Source: Nitrospirota bacterium (GTDB lineage: Bacteria; Nitrospirota; UBA9217). Taken from it: a stretch of DNA of 64,000 nucleotides. Of the stretch, positions 30,280 through 41,490 are shown one piece after another. The stretch lies in NCBI GenBank assembly GCA_963840455.1, contig CAWIYV010000010.1:128001-192000 (forward strand), read 5' to 3'. The notes below the pieces were generated by a model. It was given only the letters and a program-made list of their open reading frames with translations, was not told the DNA's origin and did not search any database. The translations under genes and the position numbers were made by a program. Positions within the stretch are counted from its first letter, which is position 1, and each line of letters starts with the position of its first letter.

Positions 30280-31698
30280 TCAGAATATCTTTCTGATGCC
30301 CAGAAGGCTCCAGAAAATGTTCGGGTTATGAAGATAAAACAGCCCATATCGCCGCAGATGGCGAAGGGCGAACCGCGGCCGGAACAGGTAGCGTTTGTAG
30401 AAGCTCGAACGCAGCTTCACCAGCTCGTCGGGCGACACGGCCGCCAATGAAAGGAGCGGGCGGGCGTAGTGGTAGAGCTGCTTGGAGACGGACTCGTCCA
30501 GCTGGTCCTTGTACAGGTCCCAGGCCTGCGAGCCGGGGTAGGGCGTGTAGAAGTGGACCTGGATGCTGTCGGAATCGAGCTCCAGCGCCAGCTGGATCGT
30601 CTGTTCGATCTCTTCCCGAGTCTCCGTGGGGTTGCCGATCACGTAGTAGGCGTTCGTGCCGATGCCCAGGTCCCGGGTCCAGCCGAAGGTCTGGCGGCAG
30701 AGCCCGGCCCAGGGACGGTCAACGCCCTGCTTATGCATGGCCTTGATGATCCGCTCGCTGCCCGACTCCACGCCGAGGCCGAGCATGGAGCAGCCGGCCT
30801 TCTTCATGAGGACCAGCAGGTCGTAGTTCAGCTCGTCCACGCGCACCCGCGCCATCCAGGGCATGTTCGATCCGCGCCTGATCAGCTCTTCGCAGAGGGA
30901 CTGCATGAACTTCCGGTTCGCCGAGAAACTGTCATCCTGGAACGAGCAGATGTTGACGCCCTGTTTGGCCAGGTGCTCCATCTCGTCGGCCACGCTGGCG
31001 GCAGAGCGGCTGCGCAGGCGCTTCCCGGTGCTGACGCGCATCACTTCGCTGCAGAACATGCAGCTGTGGGGGCAGCCCCGCGTGGCGATGAGATACCCCC
31101 AGACCACGCGGCGCGGGACCTGCACCGGAAAGATGGACTGATAGGCCGTCAGTTCCTCCTGCGTATAGGAAGGAAAGGCCAGGCCGTCCGGCTCCTCGAC
31201 CAGGAAGCGCTTGCCGTCGTCAAAATATTTTTGATAATCAGCTTTCCATGTCGTGGTTGCGGTTCCCCCGGCGCACATCCGGTCGAAGAGCCGAAAGAAC
31301 TCCTGCTCCGGCTCTCCCAGCAGGATGGCGTCATATTTTTGCGTTTGTTCCCGCGCCCGGTCGCGGTGGTGGTAAAAGCCCTGGCCGATCCCGACGATCA
31401 GCGGCGGATGATCGCGGGCCTTCAGGCTGTTCACATACTCGTCGGCAACGTCGATGTCGAAGCTCGACGCGGACAGGACGACCAGGTCGGGCCGGACCGA
31501 CGCCGTATGGTCAAGCAGGCCCGGGACGCTCATCGGCCTGATCCAGCAGTCCAGGAGACGGACCACAAGGTCGCGGTGCTGCTCCAGTCCTGCTTGAATG
31601 CACTTGAGCGCGTACGGCGGGTCGAAGAACTGCGGGTGTTCCACGTCCTTGTCCACGGAGGAACTGACGCGGATCAACAGAACGGTTCGGATGTTCAA
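30280..31698 (-). CDS. B12-binding-domain radical SAM protein
   Basis: TRGCPHSCMFC, GVESGS, IGNPTET, FYTPYPGS. Confidence 0.88.
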   Translation of the reverse strand: MNIRTVLLIRVSSSVDKDVEHPQFFDPPYALKCIQAGLEQHRDLVVRLLDCWIRPMSVPGLLDHTASVRPDLVVLSASSFDIDVADEYVNSLKARDHPPLIVGIGQGFYHHRDRAREQTQKYDAILLGEPEQEFFRLFDRMCAGGTATTTWKADYQKYFDDGKRFLVEEPDGLAFPSYTQEELTAYQSIFPVQVPRRVVWGYLIATRGCPHSCMFCSEVMRVSTGKRLRSRSAASVADEMEHLAKQGVNICSFQDDSFSANRKFMQSLCEELIRRGSNMPWMARVRVDELNYDLLVLMKKAGCSMLGLGVESGSERIIKAMHKQGVDRPWAGLCRQTFGWTRDLGIGTNAYYVIGNPTETREEIEQTIQLALELDSDSIQVHFYTPYPGSQAWDLYKDQLDESVSKQLYHYARPLLSLAAVSPDELVKLRSSFYKRYLFRPRFALRHLRRYGLFYLHNPNIFWSLLGIRKIF

Positions 31699-32762
31699 GG
31701 TGCCATCTCCTTTTCTCCGGCCGTTGTACCGAGCGGGTCATCGCCGATGTCGGGATGGTCCCGCCAGGTCCGGAGGCCGATCGTCCTCCTGAACATCCAG
31801 ACAAGGAAGCCCAGGACGATATGCAGCCAGAAATCGATGAAGCGGTTCACGACGGTCAGGGAAACGGCGAGCGGCGAAGCGACGCCGACGAGCCGCAATG
31901 AGCCGAAGAGGGTCAATTCCACGGCGCCGGCCCCTGAAGGCGTAAAGGGAAAGACGGTGGCGATCACGGGGATCGTCATGAGGAACACCGCCTCCCCTGC
32001 ACCAGGCTGCAGACCGAAGGCCCGGAGGAGCAGAAATATCCACAAGCTCTCCAGCGCCCAGATGACCGTGGTCAGGAGCAGCACGGGCATGATCTCAGCC
32101 GGCTCCGGCAGCATGCCCGTCTGGAATGCGCTGATCCTGTGGCGCACAATCTCGGGCACCCACGAGGGCACCGCCCGCTTCAGCACGATGAAGACGACGA
32201 TGACCGCGGTGGCTGCTACGGCGAAGAGGCAGGCAATGATCAGCGCCCAGATCACCGGCCGCGGCATGTTGGCGGCAAAGAGATTCCACGATGCGGCCGC
32301 AGCCAGGAAAAGCACCATCCAAGCGTCCACGGTGCGCTGAAAGACGATCGATCCGAGGGCAGCGGAACGGCGGACCCCGCAGTTGATCCTGGCAAGGTGG
32401 GCGGCGTAGATGTCTCCCAGCTTCGCCGGCACCATATTGTCCACGAACAGGAAAAAGAACGCGAGCAGGCCGTATCGCCCGTTGCCGCACCGTCCCGGTA
32501 TATGTTGTAGGCATCGCCTCCACCGCGCCCCGCGCACCGGATAGGTGGCATAGTGCGACAGCGCGGCAAGAAGCAGGAGCTGTTTGTCGCTGGCAGCGAC
32601 CTCCCGCCATACCTGCGCCAGGTCCACGTACGAGGCCAGGAGCGCGAAGACCGCCACGGTAACCGCGATGCTGAGGAAGGTGTGCCAGCCCCAGAGCTTT
32701 GGGCCAGCCCCTTCAGCGGGGAGAACAGGGTTCTGTTGCTCTTCAAGCGGTGAAATATTCAT
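31695..32762 (-). CDS. lysylphosphatidylglycerol synthase TM / flippase-like membrane protein
   Basis: RGARW, NMVPAKLGD, PFTPSGAGAVE, many TM segments. Confidence 0.82.
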   Translation of the reverse strand: MNISPLEEQQNPVLPAEGAGPKLWGWHTFLSIAVTVAVFALLASYVDLAQVWREVAASDKQLLLLAALSHYATYPVRGARWRRCLQHIPGRCGNGRYGLLAFFFLFVDNMVPAKLGDIYAAHLARINCGVRRSAALGSIVFQRTVDAWMVLFLAAAASWNLFAANMPRPVIWALIIACLFAVAATAVIVVFIVLKRAVPSWVPEIVRHRISAFQTGMLPEPAEIMPVLLLTTVIWALESLWIFLLLRAFGLQPGAGEAVFLMTIPVIATVFPFTPSGAGAVELTLFGSLRLVGVASPLAVSLTVVNRFIDFWLHIVLGFLVWMFRRTIGLRTWRDHPDIGDDPLGTTAGEKEMAP

Positions 32763-32800
32763 CGTATGTCCCTGATTTCAGCAGCACCGTTTCCCATGAA

Positions 32801-34484
32801 TCATCGGTCCGGACTGCCGGAAATGAGCAGTCTGTTTCCTTCCTCGTCAATGATGCGGGATACCGCGGCGACCTTCGGGAACTTCGCATACTTTTCCCGC
32901 TCGATGACGCAGAGGGTCTTTTTGTTCGAGGCCAGATAAGCAAGCAACTGTTCTTCCGTATGCAGAACCGTTGCCCGCCGGTTCGTGTAAAAGAGCGCTG
33001 AGTCCCAGAGCCTCCAAAAGAAGACCAGCGGTTCCCCGGGGGGAAGCGCACTGTCCATTTCCTTCGCCAGGGTCCTGGTCGAACGATAGGGGTCCATAAT
33101 AGGGGCATAGGCGGTGATGAAGAAGAGCATCCCAACGACGAACGTCGCTGCCAGGGCCGAAAAGGAGGACCAATACTTCCGGGTAAGGAAGAAAAGAAGC
33201 GCGATGAAAAGGATCGACGGTCAACGCGATCAACAGTCCGCTCATGTCCTGGAGGCTCATACCGTAGAGCGTCTGCAGTTTCCTGGCCTCCGGGCGTTTT
33301 ACCATGATATATATTGTTGCGGCAAGGAACAAAACGGGCAGCGGCGCAAGTGACCAGCCGATGCCCTTGCGCAGACCGGCGGCCGTGGTTGTCATCATTT
33401 CGTGCCACAGCCTGCCGACCAAGAGGGCAACGGCAGGAAATGCCGGAAGGATATAGGTAGCCAGCTTGGAGTTCGCAGCCGAGAAAAAAAGGAAGATGAC
33501 GGAAAACCAGAGGAGCAGGAAAAGTACGCCGTCGTCCAGGTTCCTGAGCCCCTGCCTGAGGGGCCGGACCACGGCCAGAGGAACGAAGAACGACCAGGGC
33601 AGCATTCCGCCCAGGAGCACTGGAACATAGTAATAGAAGTGTTCGGGATGATGGGCCTGCACCTTGGACAGGAAGTTCCCAAAATTCTGCTTCAGAAAAA
33701 AGTACGAGGCATAATCCTCATTTCTGATGCTGATGAGCACGTACCAGGGCGCAGCCACAGCGAGAAAAACGAGCGCGCCCCAACCCAAGGACATCTCTTT
33801 CAGGAAGGCCAGCCTGCCCTTTACCAGGAGAAAGAGGCCGATGATCAGGCCGGGCAGCAGAAGCCCGATAGGGCCCTTGGCCAGAACGGCAAAGCCGAGG
33901 GATGCGTAGAACAGGACGAGGTTGACACCGCGCCGGTGTCCGGTGCTGAAAGCGATGAAAAAGAACGATAGGGCGAGGGTGATGAAAAAAGCGAGCGAAA
34001 TGTCGTGCATGACCGACCGGGACAGAACAATGAACTCCGGGCCGGTGGCCAGTACCACACCTCCCAGCAGACCGGCACGGGGCCCGAACAGCCGCCTTCC
34101 GAGCAGATAGGTCACGAGGACCGTACCGAGCCCGAGGAGCGCGGCAGGCATCCGGGCTGCAAACTCCGTGAACCCGAAGACGAGGAATGACAGCGCTGCA
34201 AACCAGTTGAAGAGCACGGTCTTGTCGTAGAAATTTTTCCCGTTCACCCGCGTCGTGACCCAGTCGCCGGAGAGCACCATGTCTTTCGACGTCGAAGCAT
34301 GCATTCCCTCGTCAACATCCCACAGGGGATGACTGCCCAGCTGGAAGAAGAACACAACCAGGCAAAGAACGCAGAGAACGAGGATCGCATAATATTCCTC
34401 TTTCCCGAACTGCTGACCGGTCATGTCACCGGGCTGCGGGGCGTGCCCGGTCAGGACAGGGTCCTTTTCAAACGTAAACGTCAT
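32801..34484 (-). CDS. ArnT-like GT-C glycosyltransferase (frameshift near 33220)
   Basis: PLWDVDEG, EFAARMP, LAKGPIG, SKLATYILP; C-terminal part continues in ORF 32801..33130. Confidence 0.85.
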
Positions 34485-35731
34485 AGCGCTGCTCCTTGCA
34501 CACTGCCCCCGCCGGCACCATCAAGCATCGGACGCAGCATGCCGAAGACCCGCTCGGGGGTGATGACCTGAAGACAGACATTGTCCTTGCACGCGGTCTT
34601 GCGGTGGTTTGCCGCAGAGACACAGGGAGAACATGCCAGCCCGGCGTAGATCGGCGTGGTGTTGCCGAGCGGACAGTAGAGCTTCGGTGTCTCGGGGCCA
34701 AAAAAGACGAACACCGGCATGTCGGTCACCGAGGCAAAGTGCGGTGGCCCTGAATCGTTGCTCAGCATGAAGATGCTTACCGCGTAGAGGGCCGGGAGCT
34801 CAGCGAGGCTCGTCTGCCCCGCAAAGTTGATGCAGCGCGCGCTCGCGGCGCCCGCCTGTATGGCCTCGAGCCATGCATGGTCGCTCCTCCCACCGGTCAG
34901 CAGGATGATAACGTCCGGATAACGGTCCAGAATGGTCCTGGCCAGGGTAATATAATATTCCCGCGGCCAGCGCCGGATCGGCAGCAGGTCCGACGCGTTT
35001 GCGTTGAACAGCACGATCCGGTGCCGCGCGGCGTCATAGACCGGGCAGGCCTCCCTGATCTTCCGCCGTATCGCTTCCCTGTCAGGCCCGCTGATCGCGA
35101 TCTTAGGCAGCCCGACCTCCTCGTCGGAGATGAACGTCTTGGACATCGGGAACTCGTCGTCGTCTGCCTTCAGGGCGTTCCCCAGAGCGATGAAGTTTTT
35201 CGACATGTGGAGGTGAGGATTGTAGACCACTTTGTGCGTCAGAAAGTTCCCTCGATAAAGCCCCTCGTTATGGAACGCATGGAACCCGACGGTGCGCCGC
35301 GCGCCGGAAAATCCCGTGAGCAGGGCCGTGAACCGTGAAAAGAGCTCCATGTCGATGACCGTATCGATCCGGCTACGGCGCGTCCAGAACAGGAATGCCA
35401 CAGCGTCGGATGCGAGCCGCAGGAACGAGCTGTCGTCTATCGTGAAGACGTTCTCCGCGGGGACCGTGCCCAGGAGCTCGAGGCTCTGCCGGTTTTTTTT
35501 AAAAATAGCAAAAAAGATATCGGCTTTCAGGTCCCGCTTCAGCATGCGCATGGCCGGATCCGCCAGGATCGTGCTCCCCATTTCTGAGAGTTCCATGAGA
35601 ACGATATTCTTCGGGCCCACGTCTCTCGTGTGCGAAGCGAAAAGCCCAATCAGCTTCCGGACAAGCGTCCCCGCAAAACACAACGGCACACCGAGAAAAT
35701 AGTCCACTTTTCGCATGGTGTCGACGTTCAT
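34481..35731 (-). CDS. GT9-family (heptosyltransferase-like) glycosyltransferase
   Basis: ELSEMGS, RRWP, NFAGQTSL, SNDSGPPHFA, FFGP. Confidence 0.88.
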   Translation of the reverse strand: MNVDTMRKVDYFLGVPLCFAGTLVRKLIGLFASHTRDVGPKNIVLMELSEMGSTILADPAMRMLKRDLKADIFFAIFKKNRQSLELLGTVPAENVFTIDDSSFLRLASDAVAFLFWTRRSRIDTVIDMELFSRFTALLTGFSGARRTVGFHAFHNEGLYRGNFLTHKVVYNPHLHMSKNFIALGNALKADDDEFPMSKTFISDEEVGLPKIAISGPDREAIRRKIREACPVYDAARHRIVLFNANASDLLPIRRWPREYYITLARTILDRYPDVIILLTGGRSDHAWLEAIQAGAASARCINFAGQTSLAELPALYAVSIFMLSNDSGPPHFASVTDMPVFVFFGPETPKLYCPLGNTTPIYAGLACSPCVSAANHRKTACKDNVCLQVITPERVFGMLRPMLDGAGGGSVQGAAL

Positions 35732-36064
35732 GATCCGCTCCTTCTGCGGGGCACCTAGCTGCCAGGGTGGTACCGACCCTTCCTCCACGTACCCGCTTGG
35801 GGGGCGCTGGTCTACGGTGCATAACGACCGCCACCCCTTGGCGATGTGAACGTCAATGAAATCTGGCTGTTCGGATTTCGGGTGTTATTTCCGACCGCTC
35901 ACTTACACGAGCATTAATCTTTGTCATGATCGGTTTTACGGGGATGGGATCTGCCTTACCTGCCAAGCTGTCATCATGACTCTGCCAGGATATGAGCCAA
36001 GCCAAAATATTTGAACATCTATTCCCTATTCGTAAGGACCGGTCAGACATTATGAGAGATAATG

Positions 36065-36236
36065 ATGCGTTTTTCAAGCCAGAAATATTACACCCATCAT
36101 CCGCAGTCAACCTGACGCCATGCCCGTAATGTAGCTCCACCGGTCCCAGCTCAGCCAATCGGTTGAAGCACTGGACGACAGTCATGCTCGCGCTCATCCA
36201 CCATCTCGACCTGATCGATCTCCGGTCGAACAGCAG
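36065..36236 (-). pseudogene. degraded winged-HTH (DtxR-like) fragment, copy 2
   Basis: TVVQCFNRLAELGPVELHYGHGVRLTAD; homologous to 26537-26709. Confidence 0.45.
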
Positions 36237-36246
36237 CGGCCATCTT

Positions 36247-36468
36247 CTAGCTCCTGCGAGTCGCACTGCTGCCGGAAAACCGTAAGCTGACCGGCACGTC
36301 GCTGGCTCGGATGAAATCCACTTTACCCACCGCGAGCCCGATGGGCGGCATGATCACGTCGCTCACAAGCGAGCTCACGATCTTCCCGAAAACCCCGCCG
36401 ATGATGACCGCAACTGCCAGGTCGAGCACGTTTCCTCGCATGACGAATGCCTTAAACTCCTTGAGCAT
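36247..36468 (-). pseudogene. mscL: truncated large-conductance mechanosensitive channel
   Basis: [25 protein letters not shown]...DVIMPPIG; similarity stops near 36312, TM2 and C-terminus absent. Confidence 0.85.
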
Positions 36469-36513
36469 GGCAATTTTCCTTTCTCGTACCGGCCGCGCGA
36501 GGACAGGCTCTGC

Positions 36514-37599
36514 TTAGATCGTCCGCGCGTCGGCCTTTCGTTGTTCCATGAGCAGCGCGAATACATGGTCGAGCATCTCCTCGCGCTTATCCTGCAAAAG
36601 GTCTTCGTGACGCGCCTCTGCTCCCCTTGGGGCAGGCGCCTGCACGTCGGCCCGGAACTCAGAGATAAGCGCGACGAGGGCGCGCTCGATCTGCGCAAAT
36701 GATTCATTATCGCGGCCCGCGTCGGCCTTCTTCGCCCGTTCGGCCCTGCCGATCAGCTCCGTGAGCAGGGCAGCGTGTTTCTTTGCGTGTTCGGAGAAGC
36801 CTTCGTAGATCCCCCTGACGATGCGCACGTCACCCAGCACCAGCTGGGTCAACCGCTGTGACAGCTGTGCCACCTCGGCCTTCACCGATTCAAGATACTC
36901 AGTCGTGATCGCCCCCATCTGTCGCCGCTCCCGCACCTCGTCCTTGAAGTGCGCCTTGAGGTCCTCGATCAGCTGCTCCGTCTTTTTCCCTCCGATCTTG
37001 AGATCCCTGAGGGTCGCGATGGCGTCCTCGCACAGCTGCTGGATCTTCACGATGTTATCGCGCACGTAGGAAGCGATGTGGCAGAGCTCACTGGTGAGCA
37101 TATGCCGCTGTTTGCTGAGGGCCTCCAGGTCCCTTTTCCGCTGTTCGATCAGGGTCTGGAGCCGGGCGATCTTCTGCTGATCGTCCTTCTTCTTCGAGTT
37201 GAGCCTGTTCACCTCTTCCTCGGCAGACCGGACGAACTTCTCCGGCTTGATGAAGTCGAGCTGCAGGAGCTGATGGAGGTGGTACGTGTACTCCTCGATC
37301 GCAATCCGGAGCGCGGGCCTAAAGAACCGCGTGTGGGACAGCACGCCCAGCAGCATCCGTTCGCTGGGGTCCACGCGCACCAGGCCGTGCACGAGCCCCT
37401 GCTCGTACGCTGCCACACGTTCCAGGGAGCCTGCGAAGACCGCCAGTTCATCCTGGTGCGTCTCTGTCCTACCGGGTAAGCGCTTTGACCGGAGGAAGGT
37501 CGCGAGATCGGCTGCGCCAGGCTGGAGCGACTCGTTCGATTTGAACCGTAGTCCGAAGATGGAAGTATCCATGGTGTGCTTGGTCGGAGAAGGGCTCAT
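36514..37599 (-). CDS. hypothetical coiled-coil protein
   Basis: 361-aa helical ORF immediately downstream of the macrodomain gene. Confidence 0.7.
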   Translation of the reverse strand: MSPSPTKHTMDTSIFGLRFKSNESLQPGAADLATFLRSKRLPGRTETHQDELAVFAGSLERVAAYEQGLVHGLVRVDPSERMLLGVLSHTRFFRPALRIAIEEYTYHLHQLLQLDFIKPEKFVRSAEEEVNRLNSKKKDDQQKIARLQTLIEQRKRDLEALSKQRHMLTSELCHIASYVRDNIVKIQQLCEDAIATLRDLKIGGKKTEQLIEDLKAHFKDEVRERRQMGAITTEYLESVKAEVAQLSQRLTQLVLGDVRIVRGIYEGFSEHAKKHAALLTELIGRAERAKKADAGRDNESFAQIERALVALISEFRADVQAPAPRGAEARHEDLLQDKREEMLDHVFALLMEQRKADARTI

Positions 37600-37602
37600 C
37601 GC

Positions 37603-38147
37603 TCATGCGATGAGCTCGATCTCCTTCTTGAACAGGCCATATGCCTCATTGTCGGTGATGCAGAACTCGACCAGCTGCAGTGACGTTCTTGCGGCTCCCT
37701 TGAGGAATGCCGCGGTCTCGCCCACGATGATCTTTGCGCACCGGTCCTTGGGGAAGCCGAAGATGCCGGCGCTGATGGCAGGAACCGAGAGGCTGTGGAG
37801 CCCTTTTCCGACGCGAGCCTCAGCACGCTGGTGATGGCGCGTTTCAGCTTGTTGTCCTCGTCCCCCTCGCCCATCCTCGGCCCCACGGCGTGAATGACCT
37901 GGCGCGCCTTGAGCTTCCCCGCGGAGGTCATGGCAGCGCTCCCGACGGGAACGAAGCCGATCGCGTCGCTCTCCTCTTGGATGACCTGTCCGCCCTTCCG
38001 CACGATGGCGCCGGCCACGCCGCCGCCGTGCTGGAGCCGGCTGTTCGCGGCGTTCACGATGGCGTCGACGTCGCGCTCCGTGAGGTCCGCCGATACGAGC
38101 CGGAGGACTGCGCTGCCGATCGCTCTCTCAAGAGGCTCCCTGTCCAT
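37603..38147 (-). CDS. macrodomain (ADP-ribose-binding) protein (frameshift near 37797)
   Basis: [28 protein letters not shown]; shifted frame gives [12 protein letters not shown]. Confidence 0.88.
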
Positions 38148-38253
38148 GTCCGCTCGCTCCCCGAACAGACTTTGATCTCACCGACGAGTTGAACTTGATG
38201 AGCGGTGCGTTGCGCTGCGCCATGACTGCAGCACCTGATCTCACACAAAAAAA

Positions 38254-39027
38254 TTACGTCGGTCTGAGGCCTTTTGTGACCTCTTCCCCGATGAACTGCC
38301 GGAGCAATTCCTTATCCTCGGGCGCGATCCTGATGAACCGGATCCCCATGCCGGGCTCTCCGAACGTTCCCTCGCCAAATCCATGACTGTGGAGGACCAC
38401 GGCTTCCAGAGAAATGGTCCTGTCTTTGACGATGATCTGCATGGTAATCGGTGCATTCATGGGGAGGATCTTAAGCGTCCGCACGTACATGCCGGCCTCC
38501 GACATCACGGCTGCGCACAGACCCTGCGTGCCGCAGTCCAGTGGTGTGTTGTCTATGGTCATGGGCAGCCGGGTGTAGATGCGGATATGCTCGCGAGGGC
38601 GCTTGTTTTCACCCGGCCTGTCCTCGATCGCCAACTGAACGGCGTGGAAGAGTTCCTCAGCCTGGACAGGCTTCCTGATGCAGAAGGCTGCTCCGGCCTC
38701 GCGGCATGACTTCTCGGTTTCCGGGGACATATCCATCGTCTTGATAATCACGGGGACTGCGGCCATCCTAGGATCCAGCCTGAATCGCCGCATGAGGTCG
38801 AAGCCGCTTATTCCCGGAGGCAGTTCCACGATGAAGAGAGCCGGCAGGGCGATCCGCGCCATCGCTTGGGCCTCGTCAACGGTCATGGCTGTACAGACCT
38901 TGTAGGAGAACCGTTGAAGGAGCATGGATGTGTAAAAGAGATCGCCGGCGTCTCTGTCCACGACCATGAGAAAGCGGATGCTACCCCCAGTATTTCCGGG
39001 GTTTTTTGATGTTACATCGAGAACCAT
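38254..39027 (-). CDS. receiver-like domain plus PilZ domain protein
   Basis: N-terminal REC-like fold with KPV; REHIR and GMGIRF PilZ-like motifs. Confidence 0.78.
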   Translation of the reverse strand: MVLDVTSKNPGNTGGSIRFLMVVDRDAGDLFYTSMLLQRFSYKVCTAMTVDEAQAMARIALPALFIVELPPGISGFDLMRRFRLDPRMAAVPVIIKTMDMSPETEKSCREAGAAFCIRKPVQAEELFHAVQLAIEDRPGENKRPREHIRIYTRLPMTIDNTPLDCGTQGLCAAVMSEAGMYVRTLKILPMNAPITMQIIVKDRTISLEAVVLHSHGFGEGTFGEPGMGIRFIRIAPEDKELLRQFIGEEVTKGLRPT

Positions 39028-39083
39028 GTCGTTCGCACCTCACTGCTTGCTTTTCCGCCTAGGTTTTCTTGTCCACCATTTCC

Positions 39084-40709
39084 TTATTCTTCCTTCTTCT
39101 GGAACCTTGCCTGGAGCTCCTCGAACGCCGTCATGGCCGCAGTGGAGCCCTGGGCGACAGCGACCACGATCTGCTTCGGGCTGCCGGTGATGTCGCCGGC
39201 CGCATATACATGGGGCAGGGACGTCCGCATCGTGGCGAGGTCGGTCTTGATGTAGCCCTGGTCGTCGAGCTCCACGCCCAGCTGTTTGGCGATCTCGTTG
39301 TTCGGGATGTAGCCGATGGCGACGAACACGCCGTCCACGGTCATCCCCACCGCCGTTCCCGCCTTCTTGTCCTCGATCTTGATGGACCGCACGACCTTGT
39401 CGCCGTGGATCTCTTTCACCTCGCTGTTCCAGAGCACCGGAATGCCCGTCTGCCTAAGGCTTTCCTGGAGCCGCGCCTCGGCCCTGAGGGCGTCCCGCCT
39501 ATGGACCAGGGTCACCTGCGCGCCGAGGTTATGGAGATAGAGCGCGTCCGTCACCGCCGTGTTCCCGCCGCCGACTACGACCACCTTCTTGCCGTCCTTG
39601 AAGAAGTACCCGTCGCAGGTGGCGCAGTAGCTCACGCCCCTGCCGTAGAACTTCTGGGTGCCGGCCGCGTCAAGCGCCCGGTTGCCCACGCCCGTGGCGA
39701 TGAGGAGCGCTTTGGTGATGTAGAGGGCATGGTTCGTCTTGAGGTGGATCAGGCCATCCTGGTCGTCGCGGGTCGCCTCGGTCACGTATTCGCCGATGTG
39801 GACCTCGGAATACTGGGACGCCTGCTGGGCGATGAGGTCCACCAGGCTCTTGCCGCCGATGCGCATGAATCCCGGGTAGTTCTCGACCACGGGCGTGATG
39901 GCCACCTGGCCGCCGAGATTGCTCTTCTCAACGACGATGCAGTCAAGACCCGCGCGGGTCGCATAGATGGCCGCCGTAAGCCCCGCGGGCCCGCCACCGA
40001 CAATGACCAGGTCCTTCTTCACGGGCTCGCCCGAGATCTGGGTGGACGCAACCACCGGCTCCTTGAGCGTGAGCAGGGACTCGACGAACAGCGGCTCGGG
40101 CTGGAGCCCGGCGCCGGTGAAAATGGTGTTCACGAAGGTCTGGGGGACGCTCAGCGACCCGAGGCTCTCGGCAAGGTCATGGTTCTCATAGATCTCGATG
40201 GCATCGGCCGAAATGAGATCCGGCCTGACCACAGCTGCGGAGAAGGCCGCGAGGACCTGCTGGGGACAGTAGGGGCAGGTGGGACTGATGAAGACCTGGA
40301 TGTCGCGCTTATCGCGAAGTTCTGCGAGCCGCCTGGCCGCTTCCTCCGACAGCACGGTCTTCGCTGTTGACACCATCATGATGGCGACCAGCAGGGATTT
40401 GCCCTCCTCGCCCAGCGGTGCGCCGGTGTAGCGGATGCGGTACTTGTCCGGAGCGATCAGCACCGAGGGCGATCGGGTCACTCCCCGCTTTTGCGCCTGC
40501 GCGTCGCCGATGGCATGGAAGGAGACCTTCAGCTTGTCGGACAGCCCTGCCAAGGTCCGGAAGAGGGAGACAGCGGCATCGTTGAACTTGTCATTGATAC
40601 CGGCCAGGGTGAAGACCTCGACGGGCACGGGGTCCTTCAGCTGGCTGAGAAAGGTCTCGCGGATCACGTTCTTGACATCGTCAGGGATTAGTTCTTCTTG
40701 TTCGGCCAT
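39084..40709 (-). CDS. thioredoxin reductase fused to an AhpF-like N-terminal thioredoxin domain
   Basis: CPYC, GGGPAG, GVSYCATCDG, GGGNTA, YAAGD. Confidence 0.9.
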   Translation of the reverse strand: MAEQEELIPDDVKNVIRETFLSQLKDPVPVEVFTLAGINDKFNDAAVSLFRTLAGLSDKLKVSFHAIGDAQAQKRGVTRSPSVLIAPDKYRIRYTGAPLGEEGKSLLVAIMMVSTAKTVLSEEAARRLAELRDKRDIQVFISPTCPYCPQQVLAAFSAAVVRPDLISADAIEIYENHDLAESLGSLSVPQTFVNTIFTGAGLQPEPLFVESLLTLKEPVVASTQISGEPVKKDLVIVGGGPAGLTAAIYATRAGLDCIVVEKSNLGGQVAITPVVENYPGFMRIGGKSLVDLIAQQASQYSEVHIGEYVTEATRDDQDGLIHLKTNHALYITKALLIATGVGNRALDAAGTQKFYGRGVSYCATCDGYFFKDGKKVVVVGGGNTAVTDALYLHNLGAQVTLVHRRDALRAEARLQESLRQTGIPVLWNSEVKEIHGDKVVRSIKIEDKKAGTAVGMTVDGVFVAIGYIPNNEIAKQLGVELDDQGYIKTDLATMRTSLPHVYAAGDITGSPKQIVVAVAQGSTAAMTAFEELQARFQKKEE

Positions 40710-40848
40710 GGGTTCTCCCGTGATCTATGATACGATCGGCACGCAATGGGGTAACAGGGTCGAGGGGCCGGGGTCATGGGTCAAGCAAAACATTTTCAGA
40801 CCGGAGCGTCTCCCGCCTGACCCCTTACGCTTCACGACAGAGGGTAAC

Positions 40849-41406
40849 TTACTTTATCCGGTTCGATATGGCCTTGAACTCCGGCGTGCCGGCAACGCCC
40901 AGGATCTGGAACAGGACCGTTTCGGTGTTGGTCAGCACACCCCCGGCATCGCGGATGAGCTCCAGCCCGGAACGCCAGTTCGCCTTGGTGCGGGAGCACG
41001 CGGCATCGGTCACGAGATGGACATCGAAGCCCGCCTTAATGAGTCCAAGGCTGGTCTGGAGCACGCAGATGTGGGTCTCCATGCCGGTGACGATGATCTT
41101 CTTCTTCCCCAGCCGCTTCATCTGCTCGTTGAAAGATGCCTCGCCGCAGCAGTTGAATGAGACCTTCTCTATGGGCAGGTAGGCAGGCAGGGCCGATTGG
41201 ATCTCGGGCAACGTCTTCCCGAGTCCCTTCGGGTACTGCTCGGTAACCACGACCGGGATGTTCAGCATCTTGGCCAGCTCGACCAGGTGCAGGGTGTTCC
41301 TGACCACCATCTCTTTCTTGTCCATCACCACGGCAAGCCGCTCCTGGATGTCGATGATCAGGAGCGCCGCGTTGTTCCTGTCGAGCATGTACTTGTCCAC
41401 TGCCAT
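40849..41406 (-). CDS. isochorismatase-family hydrolase
   Basis: IIDIQERL, TEQYPKGLG, GMETHICVLQT. Confidence 0.9.
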   Translation of the reverse strand: MAVDKYMLDRNNAALLIIDIQERLAVVMDKKEMVVRNTLHLVELAKMLNIPVVVTEQYPKGLGKTLPEIQSALPAYLPIEKVSFNCCGEASFNEQMKRLGKKKIIVTGMETHICVLQTSLGLIKAGFDVHLVTDAACSRTKANWRSGLELIRDAGGVLTNTETVLFQILGVAGTPEFKAISNRIK

Positions 41407-41490
41407 GCTTTTCCTCCCTGTTATAAATTGACTACAGAATCACAGATCCGCACTCGTCACTCCGCGCTTCAGACGGCATCCTGCCGTCGC

